Part shown: positions 40,164 to 49,869 of the stretch, in pieces
Layout of the letters: every line of letters begins with the position of its first letter
Numbering within the stretch: the first letter of the stretch is position 1
Origin: Bryobacteraceae bacterium
GTDB lineage: Bacteria > Acidobacteriota > Terriglobia > Bryobacterales > Bryobacteraceae
DNA: 64,000 nt
Reading direction: 5' to 3'
Assembly (NCBI GenBank): GCA_045807925.1
Contig: JBJMGK010000213.1
Span: 64,252 to 128,251, forward strand
Position numbers and translations under genes: made by a program
Notes under the pieces: generated by a model
The model's database searches: none
Told to the model about the DNA's origin: nothing
Seen by the model: only the letters and a program-made list of their open reading frames with translations

Positions 40164-42029
40164 ATGTCGAAACGTGAATTTCAGACCGAAGTCAGCCAAC
40201 TTCTGCAATTGATTGTTCATTCCCTTTACTCGCATCCCGAAATTTTCTTGCGAGAGCTCATTTCCAATTCATCCGACGCGTTGGATAAGCTGCGGCACCT
40301 GACGTTGACAGACGTGGCATACAGGGCTCTCCGATTCGATCCCCGAATCGACCTCGAACTTGATGAAGAGAACAAAACCCTGACAATCAGCGACACCGGC
40401 ATCGGGATGAACGAAGAGGACCTGATCTCTCACTTGGGCACGATCGCCCGTTCGGGAACGAAGAACTTCCTGTCCCAGCTTTCCGGCGACGCAAAAAAGG
40501 ATTCGAATCTGATCGGGCAATTCGGTGTCGGCTTTTACAGTGCCTTTATGGTTGCTGACCGGGTGGAGGTCACTTCGCGTAAAGCAGGCGAGGAGACGGC
40601 CTGGCGCTGGATCAGCGACGGCCAGACAGGGTTCGATATTGAGCCCGGAGAACGATCCGTTGCCGGCACGACGGTACTTCTTCACCTGAACGAAGAAGGC
40701 AAGCAATATGCGAATAGCTGGCGGCTTCAGCAGATCGTCAAGAAATATTCGAATCACATAGCGTTCCCGATCTTTCTCACTTATGACAAAAGCGGGTGGA
40801 ATGAGGAGGAAAAGAAATCGATTAAGACTCGGACCACTGAACAGGTCAACTCTGCCAGCGCACTCTGGCGCCGGCCGAAGAGCGAGTTGAAAGATGAGGA
40901 TTACAAGGAGCTCTACAAATCCATTGCCGGCGATTGGGAAGATCCTCTCTTCTGGTTCCACACGAAAGCCGAAGGAAGCCTGGAGTACACGACTCTGTTC
41001 TACATCCCGTCGAAAGCTCCACTCGATCTGTACCAGGCTGAGTACAAAGGAGGAGTCAAGCTCTATGTCAAGCGTGTGTTCATCATGGACGACGCGAAAG
41101 AGCTTTTGCCTCAGTATCTGCGCTTCGTACGCGGCATTATCGACAGCGAAGATCTGCCCCTGAACGTAAGCCGCGAAATCCTGCAGCAAAATCGGGTGCT
41201 GACCAACATCCGTACGGCGAGCGTAAAGAAGATCCTCTCCGAACTGAAAACGATCTCCGAAAAGCAGCCCGAGGACTATCTTAAATTTATTGGCGAGTAC
41301 AACCGGCCGCTTAAGGAAGGGTTGTACAGCGACTACGCGAACCGCGAGACCCTCTTAGATCTCATCCGTTTTAAATCCACAAAAGTGGAAGGACTCACTT
41401 CCCTTGCCGACGTGAAGTCGCGGATGAAAGAAGGCCAGAAGAGCATCTATTACATCACCGGAGGAAGCGAATCGCTCCTTCGCACGTCGCCTCTTCTCGA
41501 GATTTATAAGAAGAAAGATCTCGAAGTTCTGATCCTCGATGACGAATTCGACGAGATCGTGTTTGGTCAAATCGACAAGTACTCTGATATCGATCTGAAG
41601 TCCGTCAACAAGTCATCGACAAGCGAGGATTTGAAGGACGAATCGGAACCCGAGAAGGCGGAAGAGATCAAGCCTTTGCTCGAAAAGCTGAAAACGACGC
41701 TGGGAGATCGGGTGAAGGATGTTCGACCCTCGGTGCGACTGGCTGACAGCCCTTCCTGCATTGTCTCCGACGAGGAAGAACCGTCGATGAAGATGCAGCA
41801 GATGCTGCGTGCCATGGGTCAGAAAGACATTCCGGCGATGAAGCCGACCCTCGAGATCAATCCCGATCACGAGATCGTGAAGAAGCTGTTACGTGACCAG
41901 GATGAAAAGGTCGTGGAAGACGCTGCGTGGCTGCTCCTGGATCAGGCTCTGTTGATGGAGGGCGTAGCGCTCCAGGACCCCGGCTCTTTCGTGCAACGCT
42001 TGAATCGTGTTCTGAACCGGGCGATCTAA
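40164..42029 (+). CDS. htpG: molecular chaperone HtpG (Hsp90)
   Basis: MSKREFQTEVSQLLQLIVHSLYSHPEIFLRELISNSSDALDK, the canonical HtpG N-terminus, and GQFGVGFYS. Confidence 0.96.
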   Translation: MSKREFQTEVSQLLQLIVHSLYSHPEIFLRELISNSSDALDKLRHLTLTDVAYRALRFDPRIDLELDEENKTLTISDTGIGMNEEDLISHLGTIARSGTKNFLSQLSGDAKKDSNLIGQFGVGFYSAFMVADRVEVTSRKAGEETAWRWISDGQTGFDIEPGERSVAGTTVLLHLNEEGKQYANSWRLQQIVKKYSNHIAFPIFLTYDKSGWNEEEKKSIKTRTTEQVNSASALWRRPKSELKDEDYKELYKSIAGDWEDPLFWFHTKAEGSLEYTTLFYIPSKAPLDLYQAEYKGGVKLYVKRVFIMDDAKELLPQYLRFVRGIIDSEDLPLNVSREILQQNRVLTNIRTASVKKILSELKTISEKQPEDYLKFIGEYNRPLKEGLYSDYANRETLLDLIRFKSTKVEGLTSLADVKSRMKEGQKSIYYITGGSESLLRTSPLLEIYKKKDLEVLILDDEFDEIVFGQIDKYSDIDLKSVNKSSTSEDLKDESEPEKAEEIKPLLEKLKTTLGDRVKDVRPSVRLADSPSCIVSDEEEPSMKMQQMLRAMGQKDIPAMKPTLEINPDHEIVKKLLRDQDEKVVEDAAWLLLDQALLMEGVALQDPGSFVQRLNRVLNRAI

Positions 42030-42055
42030 GGTCACGGTTGCGGGACGCGACCATT

Positions 42056-42088
42056 CGCTTTCTTCTTACCGTCGAACGAAGAAAAGCG
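42056..42088. terminator. imperfect hairpin between the convergent htpG and a hypothetical gene
   Basis: CGCTTTCTTC ... GAAGAAAAGCG forms about 10 bp with one bulge. No U-tract on either strand. Confidence 0.25.
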
Positions 42089-42125
42089 TGACCTTCGGCA
42101 GACCTGGGTACCGGTCAACGGTACA

Positions 42126-42695
42126 TCAGCCGGAGGGGAGGTCAGTTGTTGAGCGGGTGGCGAGCAGGGAGTCCATATCGTCCCCGACGCCATAACCGAA
42201 GTTACGACTGATGACGCGCACACGATTCAGTCGAGCGATCAGAGGATTGCGATCAGGCGCGGGTAATTGGCCGATGGTCTTCAGGGCTTGTTCGAACATG
42301 CGGACGAGTGCATCGAAGTACCCTTCGTCCTGATTGCCGAGATCCTTGCAGAATCCGGCGGCGCGCTCGCAGTAGAACACCATCAGTTCCGCGAGTCCCG
42401 CCGGTTCGCCGATGGCTTTTCGATAACTGGAGATGGCCTGTTTGGCTTTGGCGACGGACGTATCCTGATTCCGCATTACGTCCGGCCAGAGCCAACGATC
42501 CAGCATTTCCCTGTAGGGCTGCAAAGGGTCACTACCCACGCCAAAGCGGGCGTGAAGAAACGTCCTATTATCTTTGTGGGCGACGTAGAGATCCTGGATC
42601 AGGTCCAGTAACCCGCGCCGGTCGAAGCTCGCGAGCTTCGCCTTAATATCTGTCCATACTGGTTGTGATCGCGGTTCGCGCTTTGTCACAGGCAC
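42126..42695 (-). CDS. hypothetical cytoplasmic protein (possibly DUF6155-like)
   Basis: 189-aa intact ORF, helical, with no signal peptide. The family assignment comes from memory of the pattern only. Confidence 0.55.
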   Translation of the reverse strand: MPVTKREPRSQPVWTDIKAKLASFDRRGLLDLIQDLYVAHKDNRTFLHARFGVGSDPLQPYREMLDRWLWPDVMRNQDTSVAKAKQAISSYRKAIGEPAGLAELMVFYCERAAGFCKDLGNQDEGYFDALVRMFEQALKTIGQLPAPDRNPLIARLNRVRVISRNFGYGVGDDMDSLLATRSTTDLPSG

Positions 42696-42741
42696 CCCGG
42701 TCTATTCGCTGGCCCGGCCATTTGTGAGATTGGGCATGAGA

Positions 42742-43107
42742 TTAGAGAACATAGCCCTGAGCAATCCAGTAATGCCAGTCGCCGATTGCTTCCTCTGTTG
42801 AATCGTCCGGATCGATAGCGGCCAGTTGTGAGAGAGAAACGGCCATCTTCCGCGTCTGCCAACGAATCTGTACAAGCATGTCATGCTCACAGGCATCCTC
42901 AGCGGCTATGCGCAGAACCTCGGTTGTTTCGCCTTTTTTGAGCGGGGAGACGGCATTCGCGGCCACACACTTCGCTCGGAACGGGAAGCGGATCTTGCTT
43001 TCCAGATAGTAATACCAGCTCATTGCCTGCTCTTCCGGGCGGGCATCGACGATCGCTTCGTTGTGGATGCGATCTTCCCGCACAGGATCTCGCTTCGGTC
43101 TTCTCAT
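42742..43107 (-). CDS. small conserved protein of the family commonly labelled calcium-binding protein
   Basis: Pattern RIHNEAIVDA..EEQAMSWYYYLE..I.FPF.AKC........PLK.GE...V.......C..DM.V.I.W......V.LSQL.......T.EAIGDWHYW...GY matches my recollection of this widespread small-protein family. Confidence 0.6.
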   Translation of the reverse strand: MRRPKRDPVREDRIHNEAIVDARPEEQAMSWYYYLESKIRFPFRAKCVAANAVSPLKKGETTEVLRIAAEDACEHDMLVQIRWQTRKMAVSLSQLAAIDPDDSTEEAIGDWHYWIAQGYVL

Positions 43108-43266
43108 GATTTTGTTCCCAGAATGCAGCGTATCGAAGTGTGGCCGATCCGGAGTCTGCCGGCGATCTCCGCTTTCACGAGGCCGGCGCGATGCGGCTTT
43201 TTAATCTGCCGACTCAGCAGAATGCAAGTAGTCCAGCTATGCCGCGATTCTCAACTCGCCTCCGCC

Positions 43267-45186
43267 TTAGAAAAACATCCCCTTGAAACGTTCGTGTCGC
43301 TGACGGGCAGCACTCACCAACTCTAAGAACTCGCTATCACGCCGCAAACTATCTAGCAGGTGATCGGTCTGTAAATAGGGGTAAGGGAAAAATCCGTTGT
43401 CAATGCTGTGCCTCAAAGCCCGTCGCGCGGCGGATTTGTCACCCAAAACCGCATAAGCCTGAGCGATCTTATAAATTGCCTCCGGATCGTAGGGTCCTCG
43501 CCCGTGTATCTGATTTTCCAGATCTCGAAGAATTGCATCCGCTTCGACACGGCGTTTGTGGACGGCAAAGCTAAGCGCTTTTCCCACGCGAGCCTGAGGA
43601 AGAGAGGGATCGAGTTCGAACGCACGGTCAAAGTTTTTGGTCGCCCAGGGCGCATTTTTCTTGTAATACTCGCCCAAGCCTCGGTAGAACACAATCAGCG
43701 CTACATCATCGCCGGATGGGAGACTTTCAGTGAATTTGTCGAATTGCCCCAGGTACAGGTAGCTGGTAAGAGTCGAGCTGTTCAGCTTCACACCGGGGTC
43801 GAGAAGACGTGCACGCTCGCACTCAGAAACCGATTGTGTGAGCATCCCGGCGAACCGGTAGGCGTAGCCCAATTCCCAATGGGCCTCCGCGTGATTGGGA
43901 TTCCGCCTGATACCTTCTCGGAGTATCGGAACCGCTTGCTCTACTTTCCCGGTATCGGTAAACATGTTGGCCATGTAAACAGCGGCATCGACGGATTCCG
44001 GCTGTAAGGTGAGCGCGCGTCGGAAGGCAGCTTCGGCCTTACCGTACTGTTCGGCGCCCCCAAACTGAAACGAGGCAGTGGCCGTGTACGCCCTGCCAAG
44101 GCTGGCCCAGACCGGCGCATAGTTCGGCGCGAGCTCAATTGATTTTTCGAACAATTTGCTGGCGAGTGCAAAGTCATTCTTTGCATACAGGTCAATTCCG
44201 CGCAGGTAGTATTCGTACGCCAAGGGATCCATTTTGTCGCGGGCATTCAGTCGTTCGGCATCGGATGGCGAAAGCGTCAGTTCTAATCCTTTGATGATCT
44301 GCTCTGCAACTTTGTCCTGCACTGTCAGCAATTTGTTGTATCTGACGTCAAAACTCCCCTTCCAGAGGATTTCCCGATCTTTCACATCAATCAGTTGGCC
44401 CGCGATACGTAGATTGTCGTCTTCGTGAATGAACGTCCCGGTCAGAACGGTATCGACGCCCAGATCCGTAGCGAGTTTGGGAAGGTCCACTGCCTGGCTC
44501 GTGTATTTTTGGATCTCGTATGATGGCCGAACCGTCAATGTACGGATATGCCGGAGCTTGGTGATGATCGCGTCGGCGAGAGAAAAGGCGAGAAATTCGT
44601 CCTGGGCATTCCCGCGCAAGTTATGGAACGGCAAAATCGCCAAACGCCGCGGATTGGCCGAGGTGGCCGTAGGGACCAAACGTCCGGAAAAGACGACAAC
44701 AGCCACTGCGGTTAGCACCAGGGCGAGAGCAAGAAATGCATAGCGACCCGAAATTCCAAAATTAAGGATTTTGTGCGGCAGGATCGAACGTTTAGGTTCT
44801 AGTTCTTTGTTTTCGCTCAACTCCGGCTTCGGCGGGTCGGTTGGGCTAATCGCGTCCTGCAACACTCTGCGTCTTTCGGCCTCAAGTTCCGTAACTTGCG
44901 CTACGAAACGGTAACCTGTTTTGGGGATCGTCTCAATGAACCGCCGTGTCTCCGATTCCCCGAGAGCTTTGCGCAGGGCTGAAACAGCTACGGTAAGGTT
45001 GTTTTCCTCGACCACCGCATCTGGCCAAACGGCTGCAATCAGATCGTCTTTTCGGAGCAGCCGCCCTTCGTGCTCCACCAAGAACAACAGCAGGTCAAAC
45101 GTCTTCGGGGTTAACGCGACTGACGCTTCGCCTCGCCAAAGCCGGCGCTCGCCGGGTTCCAATCGGAAATCTTCGAAACCATACAT
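43267..45186 (-). CDS. CadC-like winged-helix transcriptional regulator with TM segment and periplasmic TPR domain
   Basis: N-terminal OmpR/PhoB-type wHTH (LTPKTFDLLLFLVEHEGRLLRKDDLIAAVWP...IETIPKTGYRF), one TM helix and C-terminal TPR-like repeats. Confidence 0.85.
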   Translation of the reverse strand: MYGFEDFRLEPGERRLWRGEASVALTPKTFDLLLFLVEHEGRLLRKDDLIAAVWPDAVVEENNLTVAVSALRKALGESETRRFIETIPKTGYRFVAQVTELEAERRRVLQDAISPTDPPKPELSENKELEPKRSILPHKILNFGISGRYAFLALALVLTAVAVVVFSGRLVPTATSANPRRLAILPFHNLRGNAQDEFLAFSLADAIITKLRHIRTLTVRPSYEIQKYTSQAVDLPKLATDLGVDTVLTGTFIHEDDNLRIAGQLIDVKDREILWKGSFDVRYNKLLTVQDKVAEQIIKGLELTLSPSDAERLNARDKMDPLAYEYYLRGIDLYAKNDFALASKLFEKSIELAPNYAPVWASLGRAYTATASFQFGGAEQYGKAEAAFRRALTLQPESVDAAVYMANMFTDTGKVEQAVPILREGIRRNPNHAEAHWELGYAYRFAGMLTQSVSECERARLLDPGVKLNSSTLTSYLYLGQFDKFTESLPSGDDVALIVFYRGLGEYYKKNAPWATKNFDRAFELDPSLPQARVGKALSFAVHKRRVEADAILRDLENQIHGRGPYDPEAIYKIAQAYAVLGDKSAARRALRHSIDNGFFPYPYLQTDHLLDSLRRDSEFLELVSAARQRHERFKGMFF

Positions 45187-45442
45187 GCTGCTGATTTCAG
45201 CGGAGTTACGCGAGTTCCCAGAGTCTTAATAAAAATTTTAGAAAACCTTAGCAAGCGCCACAGGACTCCTCGCGCTGGAACTCCGTAAGGTGGTCGTGCA
45301 GCTTAGCCTGGTCGATGAACAATTAGCCCCCACCTAGTGTAGTTTTTCCGCTTTGGGGTGGCAAGTGTGTGTTCGGGCATTCTGACCGACATTCATCCTC
45401 GCCAGGTAACCGCTGCAGACACGACAAGGAGAAAAAGTAAAC

Positions 45443-46120
45443 ATGAATTGTTTTTTTAAGCGCAAGGGGCGCACGGCCCTGGTTGCCGGACTCTTCGCTC
45501 AAGCGAGCATGCTGGTGCTGCCAGCGACAGCAAACGCGCAGGACAAGGTCGGCGAGATCAGCTTCAAGCTCGTTCCCAACCCAAAGTTTGTAAATTGCCT
45601 TCGCGCGGGGTCCGAGGAACCGAAAGCGCAGGCGACGGTTATCCGCGGAAAGCTGAACGACACGTTGATACTGGACCTGGAAGGCATCAAACCCGGGCTG
45701 GCCTTTGACATGTTTACCGTTCAACGTAGCCCATTCCTGTCCGATGGATCGCCCGATTCAAACTTCACGAACACGTTCCACGGAAGTTTTGGACTGGCTT
45801 GGTATCAGTCCGACATAGAGATCGGAAATCACACCGATGATGGTCATGTACGGATCAAGACCATCCTGCTGGACCAGATCTTCGGCTTTGATCCGGATGC
45901 GGGGCTGAAGCCTACAAACACCTTCCATGTGGGATTCTGGTTCAACAATCCGGAGGACGCTGCTGCCTGCGGTTTCGATCCAAGTCAATTTACTCCATTT
46001 AACGGGGAACACAAAGCAGGGCCGGTGGCCATGATCAGTGTCCCTAATGCTAAAACGGGCCTCGGCCCGCTATGCACCGATCCGAACAACTCGACTTCGC
46101 CAGCGAGTTGCAATCCGTAA
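45443..46120 (+). CDS. hypothetical exported protein
   Basis: Signal peptide ending ATANAQ. 225-aa ORF, no family recognised. It is divergent from the CadC-like regulator. Confidence 0.6.
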   Translation: MNCFFKRKGRTALVAGLFAQASMLVLPATANAQDKVGEISFKLVPNPKFVNCLRAGSEEPKAQATVIRGKLNDTLILDLEGIKPGLAFDMFTVQRSPFLSDGSPDSNFTNTFHGSFGLAWYQSDIEIGNHTDDGHVRIKTILLDQIFGFDPDAGLKPTNTFHVGFWFNNPEDAAACGFDPSQFTPFNGEHKAGPVAMISVPNAKTGLGPLCTDPNNSTSPASCNP

Positions 46121-46138
46121 ACTGCCAAATGCACTTGT

Positions 46139-46163
46139 GGAAGGCGCCCCCAAAGCGCTTTCC
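46139..46163 (+). terminator. hairpin 19 nt downstream of the 45443..46120 stop
   Basis: GGAAGGCGC-CCCCAAA-GCGCTTTCC, a 9-bp stem including one G-T pair. No U-tract. Confidence 0.3.
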
Positions 46164-46311
46164 GCCAAGTCCGATTTCGATTTAATTCTCTCAACCGATC
46201 ACAGGATCCGCGAGTGGAGTAGCTGCTCTTCGGGCAACGGTTCGCACGCAATTCCATTGCTTCACGTCGGCGGACCTTGTTTCCGCTTCGGCAGAACCTG
46301 TGCCCTGCGTG

Positions 46312-46707
46312 CTATCGGCGGAGAACGACGGCAACCAACGCCAGAATCCCGAGAACTGAAATCAATGCTGCAAGCACCCGGGCCAAGGACCGCGGGACGT
46401 TGGAGGGATATTCCGCTTTCAGACTATTCAGATCACGACGGTGCTGCAACGTGGCCATCAGGAGCGAGACCAACCCGATAACAATCATCAGAACGGAAAA
46501 CTCGGTCGCGCTGATCACACGATCTTGCTTTGCACCAGATCCCTCGATCTGAAAGAACTTATAGATGGTGAAGCCGAAACTAATCAGTGAGATCGCCGTT
46601 CTGATCCATGCCATCAAAGTCCGCTCATAAGCCAGGCGCGTTCGATCGATAGCCAGCCGAGTCGTCGGATTTATGATCTGAGGCTGCGTTTCGATTGCGT
46701 TTGTCAT
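46312..46707 (-). CDS. DUF202 (YidH-like) membrane protein
   Basis: LAIDRTRLAYERTLMAWIRTAISLISFGF motif plus further TM helices. Confidence 0.75.
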   Translation of the reverse strand: MTNAIETQPQIINPTTRLAIDRTRLAYERTLMAWIRTAISLISFGFTIYKFFQIEGSGAKQDRVISATEFSVLMIVIGLVSLLMATLQHRRDLNSLKAEYPSNVPRSLARVLAALISVLGILALVAVVLRR

Positions 46708-46762
46708 GCCGGTGTAACGCCTTACGACATTGCTATGAGCATTGGGATTCTGAGTACTTGGG

Positions 46763-47659
46763 CTATTTGATGTTGTAGTTCAAGCCAACCATCGCTCCAC
46801 TCATGGCCGTTTCGTAAATGAAGTCCCCGGGGCGATAGTTCACATACAGATAGCGATAGCCGCCCCCTAGAGTGACGTTCGTGCTTACCTTGTAACCCAC
46901 TAATCCCAAAACTTGATACTCCAGCTCCGAGCCTATACCCGCACCTCCCGCATCACCCAAGATGGTTAGTGCTAATTTGCGAGCGAGTGGAAACTGAAAT
47001 CGAAATCCCATCACCGGAGCCGCCCAGCTCGAGGACCTTGAAAGATTGAGACCGAACCGCGGTGATGTGAGCTGCAAGCTTGATTGCAGATACCAATAGC
47101 GAAACCCTAGCAGCCAGTCAGCCTTCAGTTTCTCGGCATCAATAAAGCGGTAGCCGCCCTCCGGAGTGATAAACAGTTGATCGGCCTTTGCCTCCGCCGA
47201 CAGCTGCGTTCCGAGGATTGGGAGCGTTGTCGCATTAGCTGCCCGCAAGCGCGTCCACACGAGATCGCTGATCAGTACGAACCGCCCACGCCGGGCCTGC
47301 ACTCCGCCCATAAGCCCAAACCTGAAATGCGAAAGGAGATCACCAGGGCTTGCACGAAAGTCAGCATTGCGGTCGGGAGTTCCTAGCGTCCCGTGTGCTC
47401 CTGGAAACCACAGGTAGAAGAAAGCACTGGCGTGCCAAATTGCATCGGGATCCCGAGAGGCGCCCGAGGTCGCACGGGACGGGAAAGCAGGAGCTTGCGA
47501 AGGAGTGGCAGCCGCAGCTGGCTGATCTTGCGCCTGACCGACCACAGAGGTACACAACATGACCAGCACGGAAACCAGCGACAGCACACAACGCGCATGG
47601 TGGTTTCTCGACGCTCTTCTTCTTCCCATCGCAGTGCCAGTTCGCGTGCTCATTGTCAT
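46763..47659 (-). CDS. putative outer-membrane beta-barrel protein
   Basis: Signal-like hydrophobic N-terminus and alternating aromatic/Gly beta-strand pattern through to the C-terminus. Confidence 0.6.
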   Translation of the reverse strand: MTMSTRTGTAMGRRRASRNHHARCVLSLVSVLVMLCTSVVGQAQDQPAAAATPSQAPAFPSRATSGASRDPDAIWHASAFFYLWFPGAHGTLGTPDRNADFRASPGDLLSHFRFGLMGGVQARRGRFVLISDLVWTRLRAANATTLPILGTQLSAEAKADQLFITPEGGYRFIDAEKLKADWLLGFRYWYLQSSLQLTSPRFGLNLSRSSSWAAPVMGFRFQFPLARKLALTILGDAGGAGIGSELEYQVLGLVGYKVSTNVTLGGGYRYLYVNYRPGDFIYETAMSGAMVGLNYNIK

Positions 47660-47738
47660 TGTGAGTCCGGCTGAGGAACTTATCTACGCCATGCCAAAGA
47701 GGTTCCTGCAAACGCGAAAGTGAAGCATGGCCGACCGC

Positions 47739-48461
47739 TTATTGGCCAACCGGCCTGTAATTGGAATTTGTCGTGTTCACTACGATCTGCTTGCCGGTAG
47801 CGTTGAGAAGCGTGTGGGCAACATGGTTCGTGCCATCCGGCAAGCTGGAGAAATCGGCCTTCAGATTCACGAGATCTTGCGGGCCATCCAAATACGTATC
47901 TACGGTATAGCTCTGCAACTTCTTGGCTGCCGTGTTGAATGCGAGGGTTACCTTGTCGCCTGGCTTGGCGTAATCCTGGAATACCAGTGATGCGATTCCT
48001 CCCCCAGCAGGATTGAGGTTTGCCTTTCCGGCTTCGTATGACGCCTGCATTTTCTGGGGGTCTGGTGGAACGTACCGGCTCACCAAGCTGCCCACCCGCT
48101 CCATGTAATCCTTTAACTCGTCAACTTTCTTTTCAACGATTTTGCCCTTCAACCCTCGCTGCTGCGGCTTCTTCGCTCCACCGCTTGGGTCTCCGATAGG
48201 CGACTTTTGCACTTTGCCGTCAGGACCATAAAGGCACTGTTTCTGGTCCCGTTTCTTCATTTCGCCCTTGAGACTCACCTCGGTGGTTTCCGTCCATGTA
48301 TATGTTCGTAGCTTCGCCTGGTTTGCGGCCATCGATTGCTTGAGCTCCGCAAGGCGCTGTTGCAATGCTTGCTTTCCGGCTCCAGCCTGGTCTTGAGACC
48401 AAAGCGTCACGGCTGCGAGCATCACGGTGGACGCTCCGAGCTTTACTAGTCCCTTATTCAC
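47739..48461 (-). CDS. hypothetical exported protein
   Basis: Signal-like N-terminus. 240-aa ORF whose start overlaps the stop of the upstream FGE gene by 4 nt. Confidence 0.6.
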   Translation of the reverse strand: MNKGLVKLGASTVMLAAVTLWSQDQAGAGKQALQQRLAELKQSMAANQAKLRTYTWTETTEVSLKGEMKKRDQKQCLYGPDGKVQKSPIGDPSGGAKKPQQRGLKGKIVEKKVDELKDYMERVGSLVSRYVPPDPQKMQASYEAGKANLNPAGGGIASLVFQDYAKPGDKVTLAFNTAAKKLQSYTVDTYLDGPQDLVNLKADFSSLPDGTNHVAHTLLNATGKQIVVNTTNSNYRPVGQ

Positions 48462-49468
48462 GAACCACCTCCTAAATTAAGCTGATCTTCTTCATTCGTC
48501 CGCCGTACGATACACCGAAAACCAACGTGGCAAGTTGAACTATCCACCGGTTCCGGAAAGCGAGCGGCAGGGCGATAGCGCTGGCAGTAGTTTGGTGCGC
48601 ACAAGTGGGACCCGCCCTTGAGAACCTTACGTGGAATTCTTATGGCGGAATCATTGGGATCGTAGCTCGCTTCGAGTGCTGCGCCGCGAGGATTGTGTGG
48701 TATGCAACAGGCCTTCGGGCGTTCGCCAGGACGCGTGGGCTGATACCAGTCTGTTGTCCATTCCCACACGTTACCGATCATGTCGACCAAGCCATACCCG
48801 TTCGCAGGGAATGCGCCGACCGGCGAAGTGCGTTCGTATCCGTCGCTCCGCAAATTCTGCCATGGAAATTCGCCTTGCCAGGTGTTTGACATGTGGTGGC
48901 CATCCTGGTAAAGTTCGTCGCCCCAGGCATAGACCGCGCGATCAAGTCCTCCGCGAGCGGCAAATTCCCACTCCGCCTCGGTCGGCAGTTCCTTGCCGGC
49001 CCATTTCGCGTAAGCCTCCGCATCACGGTACGCCACATGCACGACCGGATGGTGTTCGAGTCGCTCAACCGAGCTATCCGGACCAAGCGGATGGCGCCAA
49101 TCGGCGCCGAATACAAACTGCCACCATGTGCAAGCACTCAGGTCCACTCGTTTGCGAGGCTTAACGAAAACCAGTGAGCCCGCGTGAAGCATCTCGGGCA
49201 GGGCTCCTGGATAATCGGCCGCGTCTGGAGGAAGCTCGGCGAACGTTACGTATCCTGTTTCGTTCACGAATTTCTGAAAATCTTCGTTCGTTACCGGGGA
49301 GTAATCCATCCAGAACCCATCCACGCGCACCCGGTATTCAGGCGCTTCTTCCGGATAGTGGCTGTTAGAGCCCATCCAGAATACGCTACCGGGGATCCAT
49401 TTCATGTCGGCAGACAATGCCTGGGTGGGTGGTGCCTCGGTCGTCAACAATCTTTTTGTGCTCGGCAA
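48458..49468 (-). CDS. formylglycine-generating enzyme (FGE/SUMF1 family)
   Basis: GNVWEWTTDWY and the active-site Cys pair in KGGSHLCAPNYCQRYRPAAR. Confidence 0.88.
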   Translation of the reverse strand: MPSTKRLLTTEAPPTQALSADMKWIPGSVFWMGSNSHYPEEAPEYRVRVDGFWMDYSPVTNEDFQKFVNETGYVTFAELPPDAADYPGALPEMLHAGSLVFVKPRKRVDLSACTWWQFVFGADWRHPLGPDSSVERLEHHPVVHVAYRDAEAYAKWAGKELPTEAEWEFAARGGLDRAVYAWGDELYQDGHHMSNTWQGEFPWQNLRSDGYERTSPVGAFPANGYGLVDMIGNVWEWTTDWYQPTRPGERPKACCIPHNPRGAALEASYDPNDSAIRIPRKVLKGGSHLCAPNYCQRYRPAARFPEPVDSSTCHVGFRCIVRRTNEEDQLNLGGGS

Positions 49469-49841
49469 CTCTTTACCTCAGATAGCTCGTTGCAGCGAGT
49501 CGGCATACATGCCACAACAACCGATTGCATGTCGGTATGAGCTGGATGGAGCTGGATGGGAGAGAAAAGATAACCAAGAGCACAACCGGCGATAAATCGC
49601 GCGCACCATTTGGCGGTCAGGTAAGTGATCATCCGACGCAACCGGCTTTTTATCGCGAAAGAGGAATCTCATCTGTTCCGTCATCGCGCCTTGTAGCACG
49701 TAAGACTTCCAATCTGGGCAACGGATTCTATTTTTATGAGGAGGAATCGCTACGAGCGCCAAAGTAACTTTCTGAATCGAGTTTCTAAACTTCGCCTTGC
49801 CAGAGACCGGGAGCCCGTCGACACATAGCTGCCTTGCGCCG

Positions 49842-49869
49842 GGAACCATTTAGCGCGGTTCCTTTTTTT
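49842..49869 (+). terminator. intrinsic terminator-like hairpin plus T7 tract, with no annotated plus-strand gene upstream
   Basis: GGAACC-ATTTAGCGC-GGTTCC followed directly by TTTTTTT. Confidence 0.5.

Noticed and set aside
40269-41189. 306-aa minus-strand ORF
   Set aside because: It is antisense to htpG. It is long only because htpG codon usage avoids stops on the opposite strand.
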